The notes beneath the pieces are model-generated. The model made no database searches. It was not told the origin of the DNA and saw nothing but the letters and a program-made list of their open reading frames with translations. From assembly GCA_964195965.1 (NCBI GenBank), contig CAXMRF010000003.1, positions 121 to 64,120 of the forward strand: DNA of 64,000 bases, given 5' to 3'. Source of the DNA: an uncultured Nitrosomonadaceae bacterium (GTDB lineage Bacteria; Chloroflexota; Anaerolineae; Anaerolineales; UBA11858). Each line of letters opens with the position of its first letter. Positions within the stretch are counted from its first letter, which is position 1. The position numbers and the translations under genes were made by a program. This document shows, piece by piece, positions 25,647 through 35,850 of the stretch.

Positions 25647-26660
25647 TTAGATCCAGAATGCCGGCCAGATCATTTTTACAATAGTGTCAAGAATAATAGC
25701 CAGGAGGAATAAACCCCCGAAGCGTCTTGTATGGTGGAACGCGGCTGCAACGTAGTAATTTGGCCAGACATCGGGAAAATCAGCGGGTTTTTCATCCGGT
25801 TTGGGGTTGGAAAGAATGGGCCAGATACTAACCAGTGTTGGAATGGCCAGCAGGGTTAATAACATGACCGGGGTGAAACATCGGGTCCAGATCAGGAAAA
25901 TTACGACCAGGTAAGCCAGAATTAATAGAGCGGTCATGGTCCATCTTGCCAGGGTTTCGCCCAGGACCACAGGTAAGGTGTAAATCTTTAGGTCCTTATC
26001 CTGTTTGAGTTTGTCGATGTGTTTTCCGAATAACATCGAGGTAACTCCCAACCCGTGAGGCAAACTGGCCAGGGCAATCGTCCAATCCCAGGGCAAACCT
26101 GTGATGACATAATAACCACCGGCAACCATTAAAGGTCCCCATACAATCAGGATAGAAATTTCTCCCAGGGCAAAGTATTTCAGGGGATAGGTGTAAAAGA
26201 GAACAAAAAACGCACCCAATCCCATTAATATCCAGGTAGAATCACCTCTCATTATTCCCAGGGCAACACCGCAGGCAACAGCAATCGCGCCGGTTACTCC
26301 AGCGTATGTAAGCAGCTGTTTCTTGGTCATTAGTCCATGAAGTAAAGGATGGGGACCGTATTGGGCCCGGTAGTAATTATCAGCATCCACGCCTCTAACA
26401 AAATCAGTATAGTCATTCAGGAAGTTGTTTGTCCCATGTGCCAGGTACAAACCAATAGTTACCAATAACCAGCGCCAGAAATCAAATAAACCTACCCGAA
26501 TAGCAAATATCCCTGCAAAAGAAGCTGAAAGGATGGTTGTAATGAGGACAGCCGCCCGGGTAGCAATTAACCAGCGCGATATCAGATCCAATTCATCCCA
26601 CTCTTCTTTATTGATTTTGGGAATAATATTTAAGGCTTTTCGCCACATAGAAAAATTCAT
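25647..26660 (-). CDS. UbiA-superfamily prenyltransferase (MenA-like)
   Basis: 337 aa and about 8-9 TM helices. First Asp-rich motif NNFLNDYTDFVRGVD. Confidence 0.75.
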   Translation of the reverse strand: MNFSMWRKALNIIPKINKEEWDELDLISRWLIATRAAVLITTILSASFAGIFAIRVGLFDFWRWLLVTIGLYLAHGTNNFLNDYTDFVRGVDADNYYRAQYGPHPLLHGLMTKKQLLTYAGVTGAIAVACGVALGIMRGDSTWILMGLGAFFVLFYTYPLKYFALGEISILIVWGPLMVAGGYYVITGLPWDWTIALASLPHGLGVTSMLFGKHIDKLKQDKDLKIYTLPVVLGETLARWTMTALLILAYLVVIFLIWTRCFTPVMLLTLLAIPTLVSIWPILSNPKPDEKPADFPDVWPNYYVAAAFHHTRRFGGLFLLAIILDTIVKMIWPAFWI

Positions 26661-26799
26661 AATTAATCTTTTTCCTTTTTTAATAATTTTGCCCCAATAT
26701 CATACCATAGGGGCCATTCTGATTTGTGTTGCAGGATGGGTAAAATTGCCGGAGGAAAAGGAGAAAACCGGGCCTGTTTTTCCAATTTTTAGGACTGTT

Positions 26800-27747
26800 C
26801 TAATTCCTGTTCTTAACGGTAGTGATCCCTGTGGATGTTGCACCGGAAAGAATTAGCTTCTCGGCTATTCTTTCAGCGTCATCCTTTACCAGGGCAATCA
26901 AATGACCTCCCATACCCCCACCTGATAATTTGGCGCCTAATGCGCCTGCTTCTTTGGCTGTTTGAACCAGTTGGTCCAATTCCGGTGAGGAGACATCCAG
27001 CGCTTGCAGTAGTTCGTGGTTTTGATCCATCAATTCCCCGAGTTTGTCTGGCTGGCCTGCCTCAATTAATTCCCTTGCATTATTGCTTATCTCACCAATT
27101 CGCGAAAATATCTGGTTATATTTGTCCGGATCATTGAGCCATCCATCCCGAACATGCTTGACTGCCTCCCGGGTATGACCGGGTTTACCACTATTTGCAA
27201 TCAGGATTGAAAAAGGTTTCCCGATGGTGAGAAATTGAAATGGGTTTCCTTTTTGATAATAAACTGGTTTTTGATGGGCAATAACCGTATTGTCTATACC
27301 AGAAGGGGTACCGTGGTGGATTTTTTCTACTTCATAAGCAAAATCAGAGATTTTTTCATCAGTCAGACGCTGACCCAAAAATGCAGAAAAAGCCCGGATG
27401 ATTGCAGCTGATATAGCGGCGCTGGAGCCTAACCCGGATGAGACCGGAATTTCAGAAGAAATTTGAATACTGCAGGCCGGTGTTTCGGTAGGGTCTTTGT
27501 CTCCGAGGACAACTTTTAAGGCTGCCCGAAGCGGGTGATCGATTTCAAGTTTTTCATATGTGGTGGATAAAGAAATGTCTGGTGCTTCGATCTGAATTTC
27601 CCCGGATTTCTTTTTTACCTGGGCGGTGACAACAACCCTGACCTGGTTCGAAAAGACCGGCACCGCGATGGCAGGTTCACCATAAACGACCGCGTGTTCA
27701 CCAAAAAGGATTATTTTTCCGGGTGCTGTTGCAGAAAATGCAGGCAT
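26800..27747 (-). CDS. mvk: mevalonate kinase (GHMP family)
   Basis: 315 aa. APGKIILFGEHAVVYGEPAIA and PVSSGLGSSAA. Confidence 0.87.
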   Translation of the reverse strand: MPAFSATAPGKIILFGEHAVVYGEPAIAVPVFSNQVRVVVTAQVKKKSGEIQIEAPDISLSTTYEKLEIDHPLRAALKVVLGDKDPTETPACSIQISSEIPVSSGLGSSAAISAAIIRAFSAFLGQRLTDEKISDFAYEVEKIHHGTPSGIDNTVIAHQKPVYYQKGNPFQFLTIGKPFSILIANSGKPGHTREAVKHVRDGWLNDPDKYNQIFSRIGEISNNARELIEAGQPDKLGELMDQNHELLQALDVSSPELDQLVQTAKEAGALGAKLSGGGMGGHLIALVKDDAERIAEKLILSGATSTGITTVKNRN

Positions 27748-27750
27748 ATT

Positions 27751-28689
27751 TTAGGAGAAATAAAATACCAGTAGGATAACAATTGACCAGAAGAAAATGG
27801 CAGTTTGCAAGGGTCTGTCCGTAAGCGCAATATCTTCCGGGGCGCCTCCTTCCCCTGTTTGGATTAAGAACAAATATCGGAAAATACCATACAGCACAAA
27901 GGGAATTGATAGCATCATGGAGTGATTGGCCGGTAAATTAGGTGCAGAAAAAGTATAAAGACTGTATGCGATAATGGTAGTGCCCGAGACAATAATTATC
28001 AGCTGATCTAAAAGCTCTATAGTATAGCCATCAAGAACTGGCCGAATATTTCCCGCATTTTCCTGTTTTAGTATAAGTTCCGCGCGGCGTTTGCCAAACC
28101 CGATGAATAAGGCAAACAAGGATGTGACAACATATAACCAGGGTGAAAATCGGTCGACCTCAATCAGCGCAGTCCCGGCAACTACCCGTAGTAAATAGAA
28201 GGAAGCCAGAACCAGCACATCAATCAAAGGGACATGTTTAAGTTTGGCTGAATAAAGCAAATTGAGCCCAAAATATACAACACAGATAATCAGGAATTCC
28301 GGTGATAATAAGTATGCCAGCGGAAGTGAGATCAAGAGCAGGAGTATCCCGGCCGCCCAGGCCGTTCGAAGGGGTAGTTCCCCTGAAGCGATTGGACGAA
28401 GTTTTTTAGTGGGGTGCTGTTGATCAGATTCGCAATCAGCGAGGTCATTAAAAATATAAACAGCACTGGCAACGAGACTAAAAATGGCTGCTCCTGCCAG
28501 TGTATAGAGAAATGCAGATACATCCAGCAGTTTTCGGTCAAATACCAGGGCTGTGAAAATGAAACTATTTTTTGCCCATTGTTTGGGACGCATGGTTTTT
28601 AGCAAAGCAATCATCATATGAAAATAATAGCATGAATCAAAAAGTGGTGGTAGGTATAGAACCTTAATAGGCAAGTCTCCTTCTGGCAT
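27751..28689 (-). CDS. UbiA-superfamily enzyme resembling decaprenyl-phosphate 5-phosphoribosyltransferase
   Basis: The maximal ORF is 312 aa. The probable start is MMIALLKTMRPKQWAKN (about 28617). It has NDLADCESDQQHPTKKLRPIASGEL (NDxxD...RPxxSG). It starts 3 bp after the mvk stop-to-start junction. Confidence 0.7.
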   Translation of the reverse strand: MPEGDLPIKVLYLPPLFDSCYYFHMMIALLKTMRPKQWAKNSFIFTALVFDRKLLDVSAFLYTLAGAAIFSLVASAVYIFNDLADCESDQQHPTKKLRPIASGELPLRTAWAAGILLLLISLPLAYLLSPEFLIICVVYFGLNLLYSAKLKHVPLIDVLVLASFYLLRVVAGTALIEVDRFSPWLYVVTSLFALFIGFGKRRAELILKQENAGNIRPVLDGYTIELLDQLIIIVSGTTIIAYSLYTFSAPNLPANHSMMLSIPFVLYGIFRYLFLIQTGEGGAPEDIALTDRPLQTAIFFWSIVILLVFYFS

Positions 28690-28703
28690 GTTAAAATTGA
28701 CTT

Positions 28704-29486
28704 ATGGCAAAAAAACAGCGAGTTGATCAACTTCTGGTCAATCAAGGACTGGCAAACGATCTGGAGGAAGCCCGGCGCCTGGTAATGGCTGGCAAAGTTC
28801 TCTTCCAGGGGCAGTTAATCATGCAGGGTTCGCAGCTCATTCCAAATGCCGAAGGATTAGCTCTTGTGCCGGACCCAAGATATGTGTCCCGGGGCGGCGA
28901 TAAACTTAGGGCAGCCTTTGATCATTTTCCCATCACTGTGGATCAGAAAATCTGTGCTGATATTGGTGCCTCAACGGGTGGTTTTACCGATTGTTTGCTG
29001 AAAAATGGCGCTGATAAAGTCTACGCAATTGATGTGGGTTACGGTATTCTGGATTGGAAGCTCCGTAATCATCCCCGGGTAGTTACCCTGGAGCGCACTA
29101 ATGCGAGAAACCTTGAAGGTCTGCCTGATCCAGTGGATTTTCTCACAGCGGATGTGTCATTCATATCCCTGAAAAAAATTCTCCCGACCGCGTCCGGCTG
29201 GTTTTCAGCCAATGGCGGTCAGGCTGTTATTTTAATCAAACCACAATTTGAAGCGACCAGGGAAGAAGCGGCAAAAGGGTCGGGTGTCATTCTGGATCCG
29301 GCGATCCATCAACGAGTTTTGTCTGAGGTGTTAAGTTTTTCCAGTAAACAGCGTTACCAGACCCGGGGATTAATCCGTTCTCCTTTGCGTGGACCAGCAG
29401 GAAACGTGGAATTTTTAGCCTGGTTAGAATTTCCCAGTGATCTGGAAGTAGAAAATATTCAAAAATTTATCTCCCCATTGTTTTAA
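28704..29486 (+). CDS. tlyA: TlyA-family rRNA 2'-O-methyltransferase (S4 + FtsJ domains)
   Basis: 260 aa. RVDQLLVNQGLANDLEEARRLVMAGKV is the S4 domain. CADIGASTGGFTDCLL is the SAM motif. Confidence 0.82.
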   Translation: MAKKQRVDQLLVNQGLANDLEEARRLVMAGKVLFQGQLIMQGSQLIPNAEGLALVPDPRYVSRGGDKLRAAFDHFPITVDQKICADIGASTGGFTDCLLKNGADKVYAIDVGYGILDWKLRNHPRVVTLERTNARNLEGLPDPVDFLTADVSFISLKKILPTASGWFSANGGQAVILIKPQFEATREEAAKGSGVILDPAIHQRVLSEVLSFSSKQRYQTRGLIRSPLRGPAGNVEFLAWLEFPSDLEVENIQKFISPLF

Positions 29487-29506
29487 CGGCAGACGAGGTT
29501 TCAAAG

Positions 29507-30778
29507 ATGGGAAATCAACCCCCCGGGATAATTAAAGACAGCATGTTCTACCGTTTTTCGCTCTACGGGTTCTTAAAGAACCTGAGATTTTTTGATCCCT
29601 TTATCATCTTGATTTTCAGCTCTTACGGATTGTCTTTTTTGCAGATAGGCCTCTTGTATTCCATCAGGGATATTGCAACCAATCTCCTGGAAATCCCTAC
29701 AGGCATTCTGGCAGATTCATTTGGCAGAAGAAAAGCCATGATCGCAGCGTTTGTGGCTTATATTGCTTCATTTATGATCTTGTATTTCATCAGGGATTTC
29801 TGGTTTCTTTCTCTGGCAATGATCCTGTTTGCGTTTGGCGAGGCTGCTCGATCGGGTACTCATAAAGCGCTTATCCTGGAATACCTGAAAATTAACAAGA
29901 TCAGCGATTTGAAAATTGCTTATTATGGATTAACTCGCAGTGCTTCTCAGTTTGGATCTGCGATTAATGCATTAATTGCTGCTGGTTTAGTATTTTATAC
30001 TGGCAGTTATCGGATTATGTTCCTGGCATCCGTAATACCCTACACATTGGATCTGATTAACTTGATTTCATATCCCAAGGAACTGGATGGAGAAATCACC
30101 TATGTGAAAGGGGATGCTGTCTGGATAAATATGAAGACAACGCTGAAAAATTTATACCAGGTGATGAAAAACAGTGGTGTGCAGCGAATATTATTTAACA
30201 GTGCAAGTTTTACGGCAGTTTTCAAATCTAGCAAAGATTATTTGCAGCCTATTTTGTCTTTTCTTGCGCTTTCCCTGATTTTGAATGCTGATCTGGAAAA
30301 TATCCATAAGGAAGCGTTGGTTATCGGGGCAGTATATTTTGTAATTTATTTGCTCACAAGCCTGGCTTCACGCCAGGCTTATTCGGTTAGCCATCGTTTC
30401 AGCAGCATAACCAAGCCTGTTAATTTGACCTATTTATTGGGTGCCGGACTGTTGTTAATTTCGGGAGTGATGGTTGCCCTGGAGCGGGAGATGCTCGCGG
30501 TGATTGGTTTTATAGGACTGTATCTGCTCAATAATATTCGCCGCCCTATAAATGTTGGCATTATTAGTGATCAGATTCAATCCAATGTGATGGCCTCTGG
30601 TTTATCTACAGAGTCACAGCTAACGACAATATTTTCGGCCCTTTTTGCCCCGCTAATAGGATATTTGATAGACAACCTGGGCCTGGGAAATGGGATTAGC
30701 TTAATGGGGTTGGTAATGTTATTCCTGTATTTCTTTGTCAGAGTTCAGGGTCCCAAAAAGATCCCGGTGAGAAATTGA
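29507..30778 (+). CDS. MFS transporter
   Basis: 423 aa and about 12 TM helices. Motif A GILADSFGRRKAM. Confidence 0.8.
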   Translation: MGNQPPGIIKDSMFYRFSLYGFLKNLRFFDPFIILIFSSYGLSFLQIGLLYSIRDIATNLLEIPTGILADSFGRRKAMIAAFVAYIASFMILYFIRDFWFLSLAMILFAFGEAARSGTHKALILEYLKINKISDLKIAYYGLTRSASQFGSAINALIAAGLVFYTGSYRIMFLASVIPYTLDLINLISYPKELDGEITYVKGDAVWINMKTTLKNLYQVMKNSGVQRILFNSASFTAVFKSSKDYLQPILSFLALSLILNADLENIHKEALVIGAVYFVIYLLTSLASRQAYSVSHRFSSITKPVNLTYLLGAGLLLISGVMVALEREMLAVIGFIGLYLLNNIRRPINVGIISDQIQSNVMASGLSTESQLTTIFSALFAPLIGYLIDNLGLGNGISLMGLVMLFLYFFVRVQGPKKIPVRN

Positions 30779-30817
30779 CACCCTCAACATTCTCTCATCG
30801 GTTATACTAGGCTGCCT

Positions 30818-32620
30818 ATGGATATTAACAGGATACGTAATTTTTCAATAATTGCTCATATAGATCATGGGAAGTCTACCCTGGCGGATAGACTGCTTCA
30901 GATTACAGATACTGTTTCTGAACGTGATATGGCCGACCAGGTTCTGGACAATATGGATCTTGAGCGCGAGAAAGGCGTGACTATTAAAGCCTCCGCGGTT
31001 CAAATGAAATATAAAGCCCTGGATGGTCTGGATTATGAGTTGAATCTGATTGACACACCTGGTCATGTGGATTTCGGGTATGAGGTTTCCCGTGCACTGG
31101 AGGCTTGTGAAGGCGCGCTATTAATCGTGGATGCGGCCCAGGGTATGGAAGCGCAAACTTATGCAAATATGTATGCGGCCCTGGAAGCTGGCCTTGAAAT
31201 CATTCCCATTATTAATAAGATCGATCTGTCGGCTGCCCGGCCAGATGAAATTGCCCTGGATATCAGTGCAATCTTAGGCACCCCCCCTGATGAGATTCTT
31301 CGCATTTCAGCAAAAGAGGGAGAGAATATTCAACCGGTGCTGGAAGCAGTAATCAAAGAGGTGCCCGCGCCTGCAGAAAATGCTGGCGCACCTTTACGGG
31401 CCTTGATTTTTGATTCCCACTACAATTCCTATAAAGGTGTGATTGCCTATATCCGTGTTTTTGACGGCAAAATCACCCGGAAGGATATGCTTCGGTTAAT
31501 GGCCGCTGGTAAAAATATTGAACCGTTTGAATTAGGGGTCTTCTCACCAGCGATGACGCCAGTGGATGTGCTTTATCCTGGGGAAGTGGGGTATATTGCG
31601 ACAGGCTTGAAATCTGTGCATGACTGCCGCGTGGGAGATACTGTGACCTTTGCCCACAATCCCGCTCAGGATCCTCTCCCCGGGTACAAACAGGCTAAAC
31701 CAATGGTTTTTGCCGGATTTTTCCCAATAGATAATGAAGCTTATAGTGGTTTACGGGATGCCTTGGAAAAGCTGCAGTTGAACGATGCTGCGCTTGTGTT
31801 CGAACCGGAATCCTCCCAGGCGTTAAATTTGGGATTCCGCTGTGGTTTCCTGGGCATGTTTCATATGGAGATTATCCAGGAAAGACTGGAACGGGAATAT
31901 AATTTAGATATTATTGCAACTGCTCCTTCGGTAAAATACAGGATATTAAAACGGGATGGATCACTGGAGGAAATTAATTCCCCGGCAGAATTACCGGATA
32001 AAAGTCAAATTGAAGAGATCCAGGAACCCTGGATGGATTTACAGATCTTTCTTCCGGTGGAATATTATGGCCCCGTGATGGAACTGGTCACTGTCCGGCG
32101 AGGTACATATGTCAGCCAACAGCATCCTTCACCGACCCAGGTGCAGCTGAATTTTCAGATTCCTCTCTCGGAACTGATTGTCGATTTTTTTGATTATCTA
32201 AAATCCGTTTCCAGGGGATATGCTTCGATGGATTATGCTTTTGCCGGCTACAGGAATGAGGATTTGGTCAAGTTGGAAATTCTGGTTAATGGAGAGTCTG
32301 TAGATGGTATGGCTTCTATAGTCCATAGAGAAAAAGCTTATCGAAAAGGGAAAGTTTTGGTTACCCGATTGAAGGATCTGATACCTCCGCAACATTTTGC
32401 AGTGCCCATCCAGGCTACTGCAGGCGGAAAAATCATTGCCCGCACCGATGTAAAGGCTCTCCGAAAAGATGTCACTGCAAAACTGTATGGTGGTGATGTC
32501 ACCCGGAAACGCAAATTGCTTGAAAATCAGAAAGATGGACGAAAACGACTCAAACGGGTCGGGAGTGTAGATATTCCCCAGGATGCGTTTATGGCAGTCT
32601 TAAGGCTAGATGATGATTGA
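30818..32620 (+). CDS. lepA: elongation factor 4 (LepA)
   Basis: 600 aa. NFSIIAHIDHGKSTLADRLL, DTPGHVDF, NKIDL, and a LepA C-terminal domain. Confidence 0.95.
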   Translation: MDINRIRNFSIIAHIDHGKSTLADRLLQITDTVSERDMADQVLDNMDLEREKGVTIKASAVQMKYKALDGLDYELNLIDTPGHVDFGYEVSRALEACEGALLIVDAAQGMEAQTYANMYAALEAGLEIIPIINKIDLSAARPDEIALDISAILGTPPDEILRISAKEGENIQPVLEAVIKEVPAPAENAGAPLRALIFDSHYNSYKGVIAYIRVFDGKITRKDMLRLMAAGKNIEPFELGVFSPAMTPVDVLYPGEVGYIATGLKSVHDCRVGDTVTFAHNPAQDPLPGYKQAKPMVFAGFFPIDNEAYSGLRDALEKLQLNDAALVFEPESSQALNLGFRCGFLGMFHMEIIQERLEREYNLDIIATAPSVKYRILKRDGSLEEINSPAELPDKSQIEEIQEPWMDLQIFLPVEYYGPVMELVTVRRGTYVSQQHPSPTQVQLNFQIPLSELIVDFFDYLKSVSRGYASMDYAFAGYRNEDLVKLEILVNGESVDGMASIVHREKAYRKGKVLVTRLKDLIPPQHFAVPIQATAGGKIIARTDVKALRKDVTAKLYGGDVTRKRKLLENQKDGRKRLKRVGSVDIPQDAFMAVLRLDDD

Positions 32621-33620
32621 TAAAAAACCTGCCCGATCTCAGATCAGAATGGGACTGGGTTTTTTAATCAGTCTTGTAGCGCTGGTTGTTTTGATCCCAT
32701 CAATTGATGGAGAACAAGTTCTCGCAGCCATGAAACAAGTCCGTTTGATTATTGTTCTGCCCGGACTGGCTTTATTATTAATTTCATTATTGACCCGGGC
32801 GGCAGCCTGGCGTGTACTATTGCAAGAAAAAATTTCTCTCTGGCAATCATTTTTGCTCATAAATACCGGATACTTTGTAAATACGGTCCTGCCTTTTCGT
32901 TTGGGAGAATTTGGTAGAGCATTATTATTAAAATCCTCGGGGTTTAGTTTTTGGGAAGCATTTCCAACAATACTTCTGGAACGTTTATTTGATTTTGCTT
33001 TTGCTCTCATCCTGTTTTTTATTGGATTGCCATTTGTTTTAAATTTTTCCCAGGAAATCGGATTCTTTTATCTGCTGTCAGGTTTTATCCTGCTGGGAGT
33101 AGTTGTTTTAATCCTTCTGGTGAAATACCGGGCCAAGTTAATAAACTGGTTGGAGGGAAAGAACAGTTCCCAATCATTGTTGTTCACCCGATTGGTTAAT
33201 TTCCTGCAATCTATTCTCTCCAGCATGGCTGTGCTTTCTGATCCTGGTCGGCTGGCTAGAGTATTCCTGGGGATGTTTCTAAGCTGGGCAATTGCCCTGA
33301 TCTATCAATATTTGCTGCTCCGGGCTTTTATTCCGGACGCAAAGTTGATTTGGGCGGTATTTGCACTGGGGGCAGTTGCTCTGGGTGTGTCCATTCCCTC
33401 TTCCCCTGGTAATATTGGATTATATGAAGCGAGTATGACCCTGGCTTTATCGGCTTTTGGCGTTGACCAATCTGTTGCTTTTAGCTATGCTCTCACAAGT
33501 CATTTTTTAAGCCTGGGCGTGACTACCCTGTTTGGGTCTTTTGGTCTGGTGCGGGAAGGATTTGGGCTGCGGGATGTTTGGCAGTTTAGCGAACAACATC
33601 AAAAGGAAAATGATCTATGA
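32610..33620 (+). CDS. flippase-like / lysylphosphatidylglycerol-synthase-TM-domain family membrane protein
   Basis: 336 aa and about 8 TM helices. LRAAAWRVLL...NTVLPFRLGEFGRA is typical of the UPF0104/LPG_synthase_TM family. It overlaps the lepA stop by 11 bp. Confidence 0.7.
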   Translation: MMIDKKPARSQIRMGLGFLISLVALVVLIPSIDGEQVLAAMKQVRLIIVLPGLALLLISLLTRAAAWRVLLQEKISLWQSFLLINTGYFVNTVLPFRLGEFGRALLLKSSGFSFWEAFPTILLERLFDFAFALILFFIGLPFVLNFSQEIGFFYLLSGFILLGVVVLILLVKYRAKLINWLEGKNSSQSLLFTRLVNFLQSILSSMAVLSDPGRLARVFLGMFLSWAIALIYQYLLLRAFIPDAKLIWAVFALGAVALGVSIPSSPGNIGLYEASMTLALSAFGVDQSVAFSYALTSHFLSLGVTTLFGSFGLVREGFGLRDVWQFSEQHQKENDL

Positions 33621-34642
33621 GCACATCAACTTTAATAACAGGTGGCGCGGGTTTTATTGGTATCAATTACGCATCCCGTTTGTTAGAGCGAGGAGACCAG
33701 GTTACCATTTTTGATAATTTATCCAGGATCGGTACCTCGGGAAATATCGAGTGGCTCAAGAAAGCTTATGGAGAAAAATCTTTTAAATTAATTATTGGCG
33801 ATGTCAGAGATGCAGAGGCTTTACAACCTGCCGTTCAGGATATAGACCTGATACTTCACCTGGCTGCCCAGGTTGCAGTGACCACTTCAGTAATTGATCC
33901 GAGAACAGATTTTGAGATCAATGCTCTGGGTACGTTAAACGTTTTAGAAGCAGCCAGGCAAGCTTCGATTCAGCCACCGGTGATTTATGCTTCTACCAAC
34001 AAAGTATATGGAAACTTGGAAGATGTTAAAGTTGCCGAAGGGGATACAAGCTATTATTTCCCGGAGAATCCAGAAGGTATTTCGGAATCGCAATTGATGG
34101 ATTTCCATTCTCCATATGGATGTTCCAAGGGAGCCGGAGATCAATATGTTCGGGATTACCATCGCATTTTTGGCCTGCCAACTGTAGTTTTTCGACAAAG
34201 TTGTATTTATGGTCCACATCAATTCGGGATTGAAGATCAGGGCTGGGTGGCCTGGTTTGTGATCGCTGCTGTAACAGGTAAACCGATTACCATCTACGGA
34301 GATGGAAAACAGGTCAGGGACCTATTATTTGTGGATGATCTTCTTGCGGCCTATGATCTGGCAGCTAAAAATATTGATAAGACCGCGGGACAAATATATA
34401 ATATTGGTGGTGGTAAAGAGAATACTCTTTCCATATGGAAGGAATTTGGTCCACTATTAGAAAAAGAACTTGGACAGGAAATCCCTGTATCCCGGGAAAC
34501 CTGGCGTCCAGGTGATCAGCGGGTGTTTGTTGCTGATATTCAAAAAGCGGCCCGGGATTTTGATTGGAAGCCTGAGGTCAATGTTGAAGCCGGTATCCGA
34601 AAGGTTTTTGATTGGGTCCGGGCCAACCGGGATTTGTTTTAA
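33617..34642 (+). CDS. extended-SDR NAD-dependent sugar epimerase/dehydratase (CDP-paratose-2-epimerase-like)
   Basis: 341 aa. TGGAGFIGINYA, DNLSRIGTSGNIEWL, STNKVYG, YGCSKGAGDQY (YxxxK). Confidence 0.8.
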   Translation: MSTSTLITGGAGFIGINYASRLLERGDQVTIFDNLSRIGTSGNIEWLKKAYGEKSFKLIIGDVRDAEALQPAVQDIDLILHLAAQVAVTTSVIDPRTDFEINALGTLNVLEAARQASIQPPVIYASTNKVYGNLEDVKVAEGDTSYYFPENPEGISESQLMDFHSPYGCSKGAGDQYVRDYHRIFGLPTVVFRQSCIYGPHQFGIEDQGWVAWFVIAAVTGKPITIYGDGKQVRDLLFVDDLLAAYDLAAKNIDKTAGQIYNIGGGKENTLSIWKEFGPLLEKELGQEIPVSRETWRPGDQRVFVADIQKAARDFDWKPEVNVEAGIRKVFDWVRANRDLF

Positions 34643-34680
34643 GATTTCCCCCTGGAGCTTAACCAATTTAGATTGGATTA

Positions 34681-35850
34681 ATGGGCATGAAGATTTTAAC
34701 TGTTCTCACATATTATCGTCCCCATACGAGCGGGCTAACTATTTATGTGGAGCGTTTGGCAAAATCCCTGGTAAAAATGGGTCATGAAGTGACCGTTTTA
34801 ACCTCTCAATATGATAAAAACTTACCAGGAGAAGAAATCCAGGATGGCGTTCGGATCGTTCGCGCCCCGGTTTTATTTAGAATCAGCAAGGGTGTGATTA
34901 TGCCCACCTTTGGCTGGTTAGCCTGGAAATTGGTTCTGAACCACGATGTGGTTCACCTGCATCTCCCTCAATTTGATGCGGCCGGGATTGCCTTGCGCGG
35001 TCGGTTAGCACAAAAGCCAACATTGATTACATACCATTGTGATCTTTTGCTTCCCATATCATTTATTAATCGAATCATTAATAGCGTTGTTCATCTGATG
35101 AACAATTTGGCTGGTGTGCTGGCAGACAGAATCTGTGCCTACACAGAGGATTTTGCAGCTCACTCACCTTATTTACTCCGTTTTAAGAAAAAGGTTCGGG
35201 TAATTTTGCCGCCTGTGAGCATGCCTACAGTAACGCAGGAAGCAATCCGGGAGTTCCAGGAGAAAACCAATCCAGAAAGTTTCTCCCCTGTTATCGGCAT
35301 GGCAACCCGATTTGCTTCCGAAAAAGGTGTCGAAATCCTTTTAAATGCCCTGCCGGAAGTGATGAGAAAGTATCCGGATGCCAAAGTTCTTTATGCCGGT
35401 CAGTATCAGGACGTGATGGGGGAACAAGACTATTATGAAAGCTTGCTTCCTGTTATCCAAGCTTATCAAGAGAAGGGACAATGGGATTTTTTGGGGGTAT
35501 TGGACCCGGTAACAATGTCCCTGTTTTATAACTGTTTGGATGTGCTGGTAATTCCCAGTCTCAATTCCACAGAAACTTTTGGGTTGGTCCAAATAGAGGC
35601 CATGATCCAGGGAACGCCCACAATTGCTTCGAATTTACCGGGTGTTAGGGTGCCACCCCGACTTACCAATATGGGTGAGGTGGTACCCATTGGTGATTCG
35701 GCTGCCCTGGCAGAAGCGATCATAAAAATTATTTCTTCGCCGGAGAAATATAAGGGATCTCCTCGAGAGGTGGAAAAGACCTTCGATCCGATGACCAATG
35801 CTGCTGCGTATGAAGAAATTTATAAAAAACTGCTCGGAGAACTAATTTGA
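34681..35850 (+). CDS. GT4-family (GT-B fold) glycosyltransferase
   Basis: 389 aa. KILTVLTYYRPHTSGLTIYVERLAKSLVKMGHEVTVLT is the N-terminus. ETFGLVQIEAM is the EX7E-type motif. Confidence 0.82.
   Translation: MGMKILTVLTYYRPHTSGLTIYVERLAKSLVKMGHEVTVLTSQYDKNLPGEEIQDGVRIVRAPVLFRISKGVIMPTFGWLAWKLVLNHDVVHLHLPQFDAAGIALRGRLAQKPTLITYHCDLLLPISFINRIINSVVHLMNNLAGVLADRICAYTEDFAAHSPYLLRFKKKVRVILPPVSMPTVTQEAIREFQEKTNPESFSPVIGMATRFASEKGVEILLNALPEVMRKYPDAKVLYAGQYQDVMGEQDYYESLLPVIQAYQEKGQWDFLGVLDPVTMSLFYNCLDVLVIPSLNSTETFGLVQIEAMIQGTPTIASNLPGVRVPPRLTNMGEVVPIGDSAALAEAIIKIISSPEKYKGSPREVEKTFDPMTNAAAYEEIYKKLLGELI

Noticed and set aside
26425-26856. 143-aa plus-strand ORF bridging the UbiA and mvk genes
   Set aside because: It is antisense to two well-supported genes and their intergenic region, and it contains no motifs.
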